From the NCBI GenBank assembly GCA_021159055.1, contig JAGGSO010000008.1, positions 1 through 42,547 on the forward strand: DNA of 42,547 bases. The letters are read 5' to 3'. This DNA is from Candidatus Bipolaricaulota bacterium (GTDB lineage Bacteria > Bipolaricaulota > Bipolaricaulia > UBA7950 > UBA9294). Every line of letters begins with the position of its first letter. Within the stretch, counting starts at the first letter, position 1. A program made the position numbers and the translations under genes. Of the stretch, positions 1-7,535 are shown piece by piece. The notes beneath the pieces were generated by a model. The model saw only the letters and a list, made by a program, of their open reading frames with translations. It had not been told where the DNA came from and searched no databases.

Positions 1-34
1 GAAAGGGAACATACCGCTCAAAGAACTGGCGAGC

Positions 35-1810
35 TTGCCGAGTTTCTACTTTGTCAATCCGGCTTGGGATGAGAAACGATTCGCGTTCTACTGGGATAAG
101 ACCGGACGGATGGAGCTGTACACGGCCGAGTTGCCCAACGGCGCGCCCCGCCAGGTGAGCCACGGCGAGGTACCGCGGTCGCTGCGGGCCGGGTTCATCT
201 GGAGCCGCGATGGCTCCACGATCGTGTTTGCCAAGGACCGGGACGGGAACGAGCAGCACGACCTGTATGCAATCGACACAAGTACAGGCGCCGTCGCCCA
301 GCTCACCGACACTCCACAGGCGCAGGAGATCCCGGTCGAGTTCTCCCCGGACGATGCCTGGCTGACAATGCTGTCCAACCGCGACGGCCAGTTGAACCTG
401 TACAAGCTCCGCCCGGACGGATCGGAGGTGACCCCGCTCACCCGGTTCGAGAACCCGGTCCTGGACGGCGGGATCTGGAGTCCGGACGGGACGAAAATCG
501 CGTTTTCGTGCAACGAGACCCCGGAGCTGAAGAACCAGGACATCTACATCGTGAACGCGGACGGAGGCGGGATCAAACGCGTGCTGCAGGTGAGGGTCGG
601 CTCTAAGGACCGTCCGGCGAGATGGCTCCCCGACAGCCGCCGCCTCGCGTTCACGACCGATGCCTTCGGAGTGAACCGGCCCGGGGTCCTCGACGTCGAG
701 ACGGGCGAGGTCAGCTTCTACGGGGAGGAGGGGGTGGACGAGACCGCGACATCCGTATCCCGCAACGGCCGCTATCTCCTCGCCCTGCGCAATAAGGACG
801 CGACGATCCGGCCGGTCATATACGAGCTCGCGACCGGGAAGATCCGCGAGTTGAACCTCCCGCCCGGGGTGGCGTACGGGGCGGAGTTCGTCCTTGATGA
901 CACCGCACTCCTTGTCACTCACACATCAGCCACGCGCCGAAATGAGCTCCTTCTCTACGACCTCGGGTCCGATTCCTACTCCGTCCTCATCCCGGCCGAA
1001 TACGGCTCGATCGATCCGTCTGTGTTCGTTCCCGAAAGATACGTCACCTACCGGTCGTTCGACGGGCTCGAGATCCCGGCGCTCCTGTATGTCCCGCGTG
1101 ACATCCCCGCCGGCGAGCGGCTCCCGGCGATCGTGATCGTGCACGGCGGCCCGACCGGCCAGTTCTTTCGCTCATTCGATCCCTACGCCCAGTTCCTCGT
1201 CGACCGCGGGTTTGTGGTCCTCGAGCCGAACATCCGCGGGAGCACCGGCTACGGAGTGGAGTTCCGCGACATGAACCGCTACGACTGGGGCGGGGCCGAT
1301 CTCGAGGACGTCGCCGCCGGGGCGGAGTACCTGAAGTCGCTCCCGTTCGTCGATCCAAACCGGTTGGGGGTGTTCGGCGGCTCCTACGGTGGCTACATGA
1401 CGTTGATGCAGGTGGTGAAAAAGCCGGATCTATGGAAGGCGGGGGTTGCCTGGGTCGGGATAAGCGATCTTCTGCGGCTGTACGAGAAGAGCATGGAGCA
1501 CTTCAAGTACTTCCTGCGCTGGCACCTGGGCGACCCGGAGGAGAACGCTGCGCTGTGGCGGGAGCGGAGCGCGATCAACTACGCCGAGAATCTGAAGGCG
1601 AAGCTCCTCCTCGTGCACGGGGTGAACGACCCCCGCTGCCCGGTCGAGCAGTCGCGCCTGTTCCGGGATCGGCTGGTAGAGCTCGGTTACAAGGAAGGAA
1701 GGGACTTCGAGTACGTCGAGCTCGGGGAGGAGGGACATGGCTCCTCAGACATCGCCCACAAGGTCCGCACCTACACCCTGCTCGCCGATTTCATGGACCG
1801 GAACCTATGA
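35..1810 (+). CDS. S9 family serine peptidase (prolyl oligopeptidase / acylaminoacyl-peptidase type), beta-propeller plus alpha/beta hydrolase
   Basis: 591-aa ORF. N-terminal TolB/WD40-like blades (repeated SRDG/SPDD/SPDG motifs). C-terminal S9 catalytic domain with nucleophile elbow GGSYGG, LLVHGVNDPRCP (Asp) and EEGHG (His). The ORF-track start is a TTG and the frame is open back to base 2, so the true 5' end may lie outside the window. Confidence 0.9.
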   Translation: MPSFYFVNPAWDEKRFAFYWDKTGRMELYTAELPNGAPRQVSHGEVPRSLRAGFIWSRDGSTIVFAKDRDGNEQHDLYAIDTSTGAVAQLTDTPQAQEIPVEFSPDDAWLTMLSNRDGQLNLYKLRPDGSEVTPLTRFENPVLDGGIWSPDGTKIAFSCNETPELKNQDIYIVNADGGGIKRVLQVRVGSKDRPARWLPDSRRLAFTTDAFGVNRPGVLDVETGEVSFYGEEGVDETATSVSRNGRYLLALRNKDATIRPVIYELATGKIRELNLPPGVAYGAEFVLDDTALLVTHTSATRRNELLLYDLGSDSYSVLIPAEYGSIDPSVFVPERYVTYRSFDGLEIPALLYVPRDIPAGERLPAIVIVHGGPTGQFFRSFDPYAQFLVDRGFVVLEPNIRGSTGYGVEFRDMNRYDWGGADLEDVAAGAEYLKSLPFVDPNRLGVFGGSYGGYMTLMQVVKKPDLWKAGVAWVGISDLLRLYEKSMEHFKYFLRWHLGDPEENAALWRERSAINYAENLKAKLLLVHGVNDPRCPVEQSRLFRDRLVELGYKEGRDFEYVELGEEGHGSSDIAHKVRTYTLLADFMDRNL

Positions 1811-1844
1811 CACCAACCGCAGAGGCGCTGAGGACGCAGAGAAG
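1805..1844 (+). repeat. 40-nt direct repeat, copy 1 (overlaps last sense codon and TGA stop of the S9 peptidase gene)
   Basis: CTATGACACCAACCGCAGAGGCGCTGAGGACGCAGAGAAG. It is 39/40 identical to 2076-2115. Confidence 0.9.
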
Positions 1845-1885
1845 TAAAGAACCCTGCAGTAAGCTACGGGGATTAGAAGACAGCG

Positions 1886-1949
1886 TTGCACACAAGGTGC
1901 GAGGCTACGAAAGCCGCGATTCTTCGTGGAGTCGGGGCTTGTCCCCGAC
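1886..1949. repeat. Two REP-like hairpins with ACAAG/CTTGT loops, in opposite orientation
   Basis: TTGCAC-ACAAG-GTGCGA (1886-1902) is followed by GGCTAC, which reads GTAG head plus hairpin on the minus strand. GTCGGGG-CTTGT-CCCCGAC (1931-1949) is preceded by GTGGA. Same architecture as the array at 42357-42547. Confidence 0.6.
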
Positions 1950-2075
1950 GTCATTCGTCACAGAGTTCATGTAATCCGGACAACCATGTAGAGCATCAGA
2001 GGTCCAAACAGTGGGGTGATCCGCATGTTGAAGTTTTATCCATTTCCTCGCTGTCACATGGGTAGCGGAAGACAA

Positions 2076-2115
2076 CTATGAAACCAACCGCAGAGGCGCT
2101 GAGGACGCAGAGAAG
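2076..2115 (+). repeat. 40-nt direct repeat, copy 2
   Basis: CTATGAAACCAACCGCAGAGGCGCTGAGGACGCAGAGAAG, 271 nt downstream of copy 1. Its two CGCAGAG half-sites are complementary to CTCTGCGTCTCTGCGG at 2195-2210. Confidence 0.9.
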
Positions 2116-2218
2116 ATGAAAGGAAGGGATAAGTCCGAGAGGGTTGCCCGATAGCTGTTCACCCGTTCCCTAAATTCCCAAAACCCTCGGTGCACTCTGC
2201 GTCTCTGCGGTGTATACA

Positions 2219-2812
2219 TCACTGCCGCGGAGCGATGATCCGGTCGATGATCCCGTATTCTTTGGCCTCCTCCGGGGACATGTAGAAGTCGCGGTCGGTG
2301 TCCTTGGCGATCTTCTTCACCGTCTGACCGGTGTGAGCGGCGAGGATGCGGTTGATCTGATCGCGCATCCGGAGGAGCTCGTCGGTCTGGATCTTGACGT
2401 CGATCGCCTGCCCCTGCGCTCCGCCGAAGATCTGGTGGATGAGGATGCGCGAGTTGGGGAGGGCCGAGCGCTTCCCCTTCGTCCCCGCGGCGAGGAGGAC
2501 CGCGGCCATGCTCGCCGCCTGCCCGATGCAGATCGTCGACACATTGCAGCTCACGTACTGCATCGTGTCGTAGATCGCGAACCCGGCGGTGACCGACCCG
2601 CCGGGCGAGTTGATGTACAGCTTGATGTCCTTGTTCGGGTCCTTGGCAGCGAGGAACAGCATCTGGGCGATTACTACGTTCGCTACCTCATCGTCGATCG
2701 GCTGGCGGAGGAACACGATCCGATCCTCGAGCAGGCGGGAGTAGATGTCGTAGGTTCGCTCGACGTGGCCGGTGCGGTCGATGACGAACGGGATCTGGGC
2801 GGTCGGCTTCAT
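2219..2812 (-). CDS. clpP: ATP-dependent Clp protease proteolytic subunit
   Basis: 197 aa. ClpP signatures: GQAASMAA (Ser), RILIHQ (His), KDTDRD (Asp). The ATG overlaps the tig stop in ATGA at 2809-2812. Confidence 0.97.
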   Translation of the reverse strand: MKPTAQIPFVIDRTGHVERTYDIYSRLLEDRIVFLRQPIDDEVANVVIAQMLFLAAKDPNKDIKLYINSPGGSVTAGFAIYDTMQYVSCNVSTICIGQAASMAAVLLAAGTKGKRSALPNSRILIHQIFGGAQGQAIDVKIQTDELLRMRDQINRILAAHTGQTVKKIAKDTDRDFYMSPEEAKEYGIIDRIIAPRQ

Positions 2813-4062
2813 TCCCCTTCCTCCTTGATCTTCGCTTCATCGTACAAAAGCTCGAGGACACGGGTGTTGATCTTGGCGCTCCGATAGTCGTCCCACCGCT
2901 CCTCGGCCTTGAGCCGAGCGATGAACCGGAGCGGGTTCTCCCCCTCGCGTTCGGCCTCTTCGGTCGCGATCTTCTCGAGTTCTTCATCGGAGATCTCGAT
3001 CCCCTCCGCTTCCGCGATCCGCTGCAGCATCAGCTCGCGGCGGATGCGGCGGGAGACCCGGTCGCGGTAGTCGGCCCGCACCTCGTCCTCGGTCCGTTCT
3101 TTTTCCTTTAGGTACTCCTCGAATGAGAACGGGGAACGGGGACGGGCGAGGTTCTTCTTCAGCTCGTCCAGCTCTTCTTCAGCGATCTCCTCGACCAGGG
3201 CCTGGGGAAGCGGGATCTCCGTCTGCTCGATCAGCTTATCGAGGAGCTTGAGCTCGAGCTCTTGCTTGCGTTCCTGTTCCCGCGCCTGCTCCAGCCGCTC
3301 CCGGATGTAGGCCTTCAGGGCGTCGAGGCTGTCGTAGCCCGCGTCCTTGGCAAGCTCATCGTCGATCTCCGGAAGCTGAATCTCCTTCAGTCCGAGGATC
3401 TCAAGGGAGGTGTTCACGGTCTTCCCTTCCTCGACGGTGAGCGAGATCTCCACCGTCTCCCCCACCTTGTGCCCGATCAGCTGCTTCGTCACTGGGTTGT
3501 CCTCCTCGGCACGGGCGTCCCACTCCTCCTCGCCTTCCTTGAGGTGGACGATGTCCCCGGCGGAGACGGTATCCCCTTCCTTGGGGACAAGTGCCCCGAA
3601 CTGGGAGCGGATCTCCTCCAGCGTCTTCTGGATGTCCTCCTCGGTCACCGGGGTCGCGGGCGGGGCAGTGATCTCAATCCCCTTGTACTCGGGGAGTTCG
3701 AACTCGGGGAGAACGGAGAATCGGGCGGTGAACACGAACGGCTTTCCCGCCTCGAGCTCGGCCTCCTCGGCCTGCGGTGGAGTGACCGGATGGAGCCCGA
3801 GCTCAGCGATCGCCCGGGGAAGGTGCCGCTCCGTCAGGTCCTTCCGCGCCTCCTCGGTGAACAGCTCCTTTCCGAGCCGCGCCTCAAGGAAGCTGCGCGG
3901 AACGCGCCCCTTGCGGAACCCGGGGATCTCCACCTCGCGGCTGTAGCGGCGGTATACATCATCTATCGCGTTGCGCACCTCCGTTGGATCGATGGTGATC
4001 TCCAGCGTCACCTCGGTCGGGGTGCGCTCCTTGATCTCATATTTCGTCCCTTGATTTGTCAC
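2809..4062 (-). CDS. tig: Trigger factor
   Basis: Ribosome-binding signature GFRKGRVP, a central FKBP-like region and a Glu/Lys-rich C-terminal arm. I prefer the GTG at 4062 ([10 protein letters not shown]..., GGGAGAGGA SD 5 nt upstream) over the ORF-track start at 4125. Confidence 0.93.
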   Translation of the reverse strand: MTNQGTKYEIKERTPTEVTLEITIDPTEVRNAIDDVYRRYSREVEIPGFRKGRVPRSFLEARLGKELFTEEARKDLTERHLPRAIAELGLHPVTPPQAEEAELEAGKPFVFTARFSVLPEFELPEYKGIEITAPPATPVTEEDIQKTLEEIRSQFGALVPKEGDTVSAGDIVHLKEGEEEWDARAEEDNPVTKQLIGHKVGETVEISLTVEEGKTVNTSLEILGLKEIQLPEIDDELAKDAGYDSLDALKAYIRERLEQAREQERKQELELKLLDKLIEQTEIPLPQALVEEIAEEELDELKKNLARPRSPFSFEEYLKEKERTEDEVRADYRDRVSRRIRRELMLQRIAEAEGIEISDEELEKIATEEAEREGENPLRFIARLKAEERWDDYRSAKINTRVLELLYDEAKIKEEGE

Positions 4063-4134
4063 GGAAATCCTCTCCCTATCGTTGGTTGCTTTGGGGATTA
4101 TACGCACGGGGAAAGGATTGAACAAGGAGCAGTG

Positions 4135-4824
4135 CTAGAAGGTGAGGGAGGCAAGCCACCTGATTCCGAGGAGTCCCCGCCAGATCCCGCTTGTTGCATC
4201 GATCAACCGGCCGATCCCACCGAGGAGGATGATCGCAAGGAGGATCCACATCCCGTACCGCTCGAGCATCAACATCACCCGCTTCCCCTCCGGGGGGAGG
4301 AAGTAGGTGAGGACACGGGAGCCGTCGAGGGGCGGTATCGGGATCATGTTAAATACAGCAAGAATCACATTGATTATCACGAACACCCCAAGGAGATAGA
4401 AAACGGCTTGCACGAGATTGGCGGTGAATCCGGCTCCGAACAGGACGGAGTTCGGCACTCCGGTCAGGATTCCGCGTCCGATCCCGGCGGTCAAGAGAGC
4501 GAGGACGGTGTTCGTCGCCGGACCAGCGATCGCCACGTACAGCATCCCCTTGAACGGGTTGCGGAAATAGTTGGGGTTGATCGGAACCGGCTTTGCCCAT
4601 CCAAACAAGAATGGGGAATGGAACGCGACCAACAGCAGCGGGACGAGGATTGTCCCGATCGGATCGATGTGAGCGAGCGGGTTCAGGGTCAGCCGGCCGT
4701 GCGCCTTGGCGGTCGGATCTCCGAGCCGGTAAGCGACATAGCCGTGCGACACCTCGTGCAGCACGATCGCGGTGAACACCGCGACAAGCGACAAGATGAT
4801 ATCGAGGATATATCCGAAGTCCAT
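4135..4824 (-). CDS. Site-2 protease family (peptidase M50) integral membrane metalloprotease
   Basis: 229 aa, polytopic. HEVSHG (HExxH) in the first TM helix and NMIPIPPLDG second metal-ligand motif. Confidence 0.88.
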   Translation of the reverse strand: MDFGYILDIILSLVAVFTAIVLHEVSHGYVAYRLGDPTAKAHGRLTLNPLAHIDPIGTILVPLLLVAFHSPFLFGWAKPVPINPNYFRNPFKGMLYVAIAGPATNTVLALLTAGIGRGILTGVPNSVLFGAGFTANLVQAVFYLLGVFVIINVILAVFNMIPIPPLDGSRVLTYFLPPEGKRVMLMLERYGMWILLAIILLGGIGRLIDATSGIWRGLLGIRWLASLTF

Positions 4825-4833
4825 ACCCGTAAG

Positions 4834-6417
4834 TTACCCATTCTTTCGCAACGGCGCAACAGTGATCGTCTCCTCGCGGTCGAGGATGACGAGCCCCGGG
4901 GGAGCCCCCTTCGGCTTGCGTACGTGCTTGACTGCAGTATAACTCACCTCGACCTTCGGCTCGTCCCGCGCCTTGGACGCCCCGGCGGCGAGGCGAGCCG
5001 CTTGTTCGATCACTTCGCGCGGGATCTCCTCCCGCCCCTGCCGGCGGACGACCACGTGCGCGCCCGGGACTCCTTTGGCGTGGAACCACAGGTCGTCCGG
5101 GCGTGCTCGTTTGAGCAGGGAATCGTTCTCCAGCGCGCTCCTCCCCACCTCCACGAGGTAGCCGTCGATCCGGTAGGTCCGGGGGGCGAGGGGAACGGCC
5201 CGGCTTGTACGCTGCTTGGACTCCGTCGGGAGGAGGGAGAGGGCCTCCGCGGACGGGATATCACCGGCGGCGAGCGCGGCGAGTCCGGTTTCCAGGATTG
5301 CGATCTCCTTTTCCAGACGACGCTTGCGTGCCTCAACACGCGGGCGGCCACGGCGCAGCCGCTTGGCCCGCTCGTACAGGGCCTGTGCGTTTTCCACCGG
5401 CCCAAGGCGCGGGTTCAGCGGGACCTCCACCGAAGCACCGCTCTCCAGATCGAGAAGCTGAGCACGGTCGATCCCGCGGGTCAGTTCGTTCAGATGGATC
5501 ATGATGAGGTCGGCGTAACGGCGCAGGGTTCCCTCCTTCTCTGCATCTTCTAACCAGCGGGTGAGCTTCGCAAGGGTCCGTCTGCGCTTCGCCAGCGCCC
5601 GCTCGAGTCCGCGGCGGAGGCTTTCCTTCTCCTGATCGTAGTGTTCATCCGCGTGTTCCTCCTCGTACTCCCGGTCGAGCGCTGCGGAGAAGCTCGCAAG
5701 GACCACGCCGGATTCCACCGGAAAGAAGAACGCTGTTTCCCTGTTTGGATCGTAGCATCCGATCGGACGGGCAACGTGGGAAACGATCTCGGCGAGGCGG
5801 GACGCAACCCCCTCCGATCCGCCCGCCTGCGCGGCGATCACCTGCGCGGTCTCCTTTCCGATCCCGTCGATCCTTCTAACGAGCGCCCGCACCGGATCGT
5901 CCGCCGTCAGAAGTTCGGAAATGACCTGCGGATCAACCTTGCGCGGGTCGAGCTTCCCCTGCCGGGGGAGGGGACGGTACTCTTCCCCCGGTTGGGCGCG
6001 GGGATCGGCCCGCAGCGCCGCGACCACCCGCCCATCCCGCACCAGGATCAGATTCCCCCTCACTCCGATCAGCTCGGCTATGAGGGTGAGATCGGTCTTT
6101 TCTGCTTGACTGCGGCGGGTTATCTCGATGCGCACGACGCGCTCCCATCCTTCCTGCCTCACCGCGGTGATCCTCCCGCCGCGCAGGTGCTTGCGCAGGA
6201 GCATGGTGAACGGGGATGGGGTCTGGGGGTGGGGAAGGTCGAGCCCGGTCAGGTGGATCAGCGCCTTCCGGGGAGAGACGAGGAGGCGCAAGGCGCGCCC
6301 GGAGAAGATGTGGAGCACGAACGTCCCGGGATCGGGCGCGAATACAGTCCGAATCGAGCCGCCGATCGCGGAGCGCTCGATCTCGGTCACTGCTGCGGCG
6401 ATCGCCAGGCCGTCCAT
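4834..6417 (-). CDS. rqcH: NFACT-family RNA-binding protein (RqcH / FbpA-like ribosome quality control factor)
   Basis: 527 aa. NFACT-N start (MDGLAIAAAV...LRKHLRGGRI), a long Arg/Glu coiled-coil middle, and a NFACT-R/DUF814 motif LWFHAKGVPGAHVVV. Only 9 nt upstream of the M50 gene. Confidence 0.85.
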   Translation of the reverse strand: MDGLAIAAAVTEIERSAIGGSIRTVFAPDPGTFVLHIFSGRALRLLVSPRKALIHLTGLDLPHPQTPSPFTMLLRKHLRGGRITAVRQEGWERVVRIEITRRSQAEKTDLTLIAELIGVRGNLILVRDGRVVAALRADPRAQPGEEYRPLPRQGKLDPRKVDPQVISELLTADDPVRALVRRIDGIGKETAQVIAAQAGGSEGVASRLAEIVSHVARPIGCYDPNRETAFFFPVESGVVLASFSAALDREYEEEHADEHYDQEKESLRRGLERALAKRRRTLAKLTRWLEDAEKEGTLRRYADLIMIHLNELTRGIDRAQLLDLESGASVEVPLNPRLGPVENAQALYERAKRLRRGRPRVEARKRRLEKEIAILETGLAALAAGDIPSAEALSLLPTESKQRTSRAVPLAPRTYRIDGYLVEVGRSALENDSLLKRARPDDLWFHAKGVPGAHVVVRRQGREEIPREVIEQAARLAAGASKARDEPKVEVSYTAVKHVRKPKGAPPGLVILDREETITVAPLRKNG

Positions 6418-6428
6418 GGTCCCTCCGG

Positions 6429-6457
6429 TTGATGCGGTAAAATGGGGTCGCTATAAT
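6429..6457 (+). promoter_or_regulatory. Sigma-70-like promoter for tRNA-Thr
   Basis: TTGATG (6429-6434), 17-nt spacer, TATAAT (6452-6457). The tRNA 5' end lies 12 nt downstream. Confidence 0.5.
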
Positions 6458-6468
6458 CAGATTATATC

Positions 6469-6540
6469 GCCGGCGTAGCTCAGTGGTAGAGCAACGGTTT
6501 CGTAAACCGTCGGTCGGAGGTTCGACTCCTCTCGCCGGCT
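6469..6540 (+). tRNA. tRNA-Thr (anticodon CGT)
   Basis: Manual cloverleaf: acceptor GCCGGCG/CGCCGGC, D arm GCTC-AGTGGTA-GAGC, anticodon arm ACGGT-TTCGTAA-ACCGT, T arm GGAGG-TTCGACT-CCTCT. No encoded CCA. Confidence 0.93.
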
Positions 6541-6555
6541 CAGCGGAGGTACACA

Positions 6556-6711
6556 ATGGAAGTATCCAGTGTCGTTACGCATGGGTATGTAACACCGTGG
6601 TGGGTTTCGGCACTCTCCATTTTTCAGCTCCTCGTCGGTGTGGTCGTCCTTTTCCTCGTAGTTTACGCTTCGTGGAAGTTCTTCCGGTTTTTGCGCAAGT
6701 GGAATCCGTAG
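6556..6711 (+). CDS. Candidate 51-aa single-pass membrane mini-protein (below the ORF-track size cutoff)
   Basis: GGAGG at 6545-6549 lies 6 nt before the ATG. Translation: MEVSSVVTHGYVTPWWVSALSIFQLLVGVVVLFLVVYASWKFFRFLRKWNP. One hydrophobic helix is followed by a basic tail. Confidence 0.4.
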   Translation: MEVSSVVTHGYVTPWWVSALSIFQLLVGVVVLFLVVYASWKFFRFLRKWNP

Positions 6712-6883
6712 GGGATCGCGCCCGCCTCGTCAAATTCTAGGTAAGCTGCTCGTACATCCCGCTGTGTTTTGGTGATGAATGTCACATTCGCACGAGCCAT
6801 CCGGTAGCGTTCTGGTTCTGCTTACGTGCGAGAATCTGTCCGGACGGCACGGCTGTCCGACAAAAGATGAGGGGTGAGAACTG

Positions 6884-7465
6884 ATGAATGACACCACGAC
6901 ATTGATCGTGTTCGGAGTGGCGGTCGCGGTCCTGCTGATCGGCGGTCTGGCCCTGAACCAGCCTCCTCCTGCTCCGGAACCCGAACCTGCGCCCCAGGTG
7001 ACGGTACCGCAGAAGACGCTCGAGATGCTCGGCCCGGTCTACTCGGAGAAGGGGGTATTCCAGGACGACGCGCTGTACATCTCGTTCAAGGCGGCGATCG
7101 ACGGGGATAATAAGGTCGAGAGCAAGATCCCTGTCTGGATCCACAATGTCTCCTCCGACGCGATCGTGATCCTGTGGGACCGCTGCTCGATCACTATGCA
7201 GGATGGGAACACCGTCCCGCTCGTCCCTGAGTCGCACCTGACGGCGACCGAGGCACTCCCCGATGTGATCACCATCGCTCCGGGTGGCGATCTGTTCGAA
7301 GCGCTGATCCCGGTGACCGAGATCACGCGCACCGACGGGGGCTACACCCTGTCCACCGAGGCGATCGATCAGGGACCGTTCCTCCTCACCCTGGCGGTCG
7401 AGGCAACTGGAGATGGCTGCGCCCGCACGATCCGATACTACCCGTTTAGGCTGATCATCCGGTAG
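6884..7465 (+). CDS. Hypothetical membrane-anchored protein (N-terminal TM helix, Pro-rich linker, about 140-aa beta-rich domain)
   Basis: 193 aa. GAGGGGTGAG SD upstream. TM LIVFGVAVAVLLIGGLAL, then PPPAPEPEPAP linker. No family recognised by eye. Confidence 0.7.
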   Translation: MNDTTTLIVFGVAVAVLLIGGLALNQPPPAPEPEPAPQVTVPQKTLEMLGPVYSEKGVFQDDALYISFKAAIDGDNKVESKIPVWIHNVSSDAIVILWDRCSITMQDGNTVPLVPESHLTATEALPDVITIAPGGDLFEALIPVTEITRTDGGYTLSTEAIDQGPFLLTLAVEATGDGCARTIRYYPFRLIIR

Positions 7466-7488
7466 TCATCATCACCGACCGAGAGAGG

Positions 7489-7514
7489 AGCGCCGCACGC
7501 GGTTGTGCGGCGCT
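7489..7514. terminator. GC-rich hairpin between convergent genes
   Basis: AGCGCCGCAC-GCGGTT-GTGCGGCGCT, a perfect 10-bp stem. No clear U-tract on either strand. Confidence 0.45.
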
Positions 7515-7535
7515 GTCGGGTACGAGAGGAGGGGC

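Noticed and set aside
1807-1974. 55-aa ORF (MTPTAEALRTQRSKE...) whose ATG overlaps the peptidase stop in ATGA, and the 13-aa MKPTAEALRTQRR ORF at 2078
   Set aside because: Both start inside the 40-nt repeat. The longer one reads straight through two REP-like hairpins. The shared MKPTA with the ClpP N-terminus looks coincidental. Not called without conservation evidence.
1811-2218. RNase P, SRP, tmRNA or other classic ncRNA in the 408-nt spacer
   Set aside because: Only a fortuitous AAGTCCG resembles the RNase P P4 strand. The complementary P4 strand (ACAGAACCCGGCTTA-like) and other conserved cores are absent on both strands.
3262-5553. 763-aa ORF on the plus strand spanning the antisense of tig, the M50 protease and rqcH
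   Set aside because: Typical high-GC antisense open frame. It is Arg/Gly/Pro/Leu-rich with no recognisable domain or SD, while the opposite strand encodes three clearly recognisable proteins.
6483-6740. 85-aa ORF overlapping tRNA-Thr
   Set aside because: It begins inside the tRNA gene in a different frame from the SD-preceded 51-aa ORF, and has no SD.
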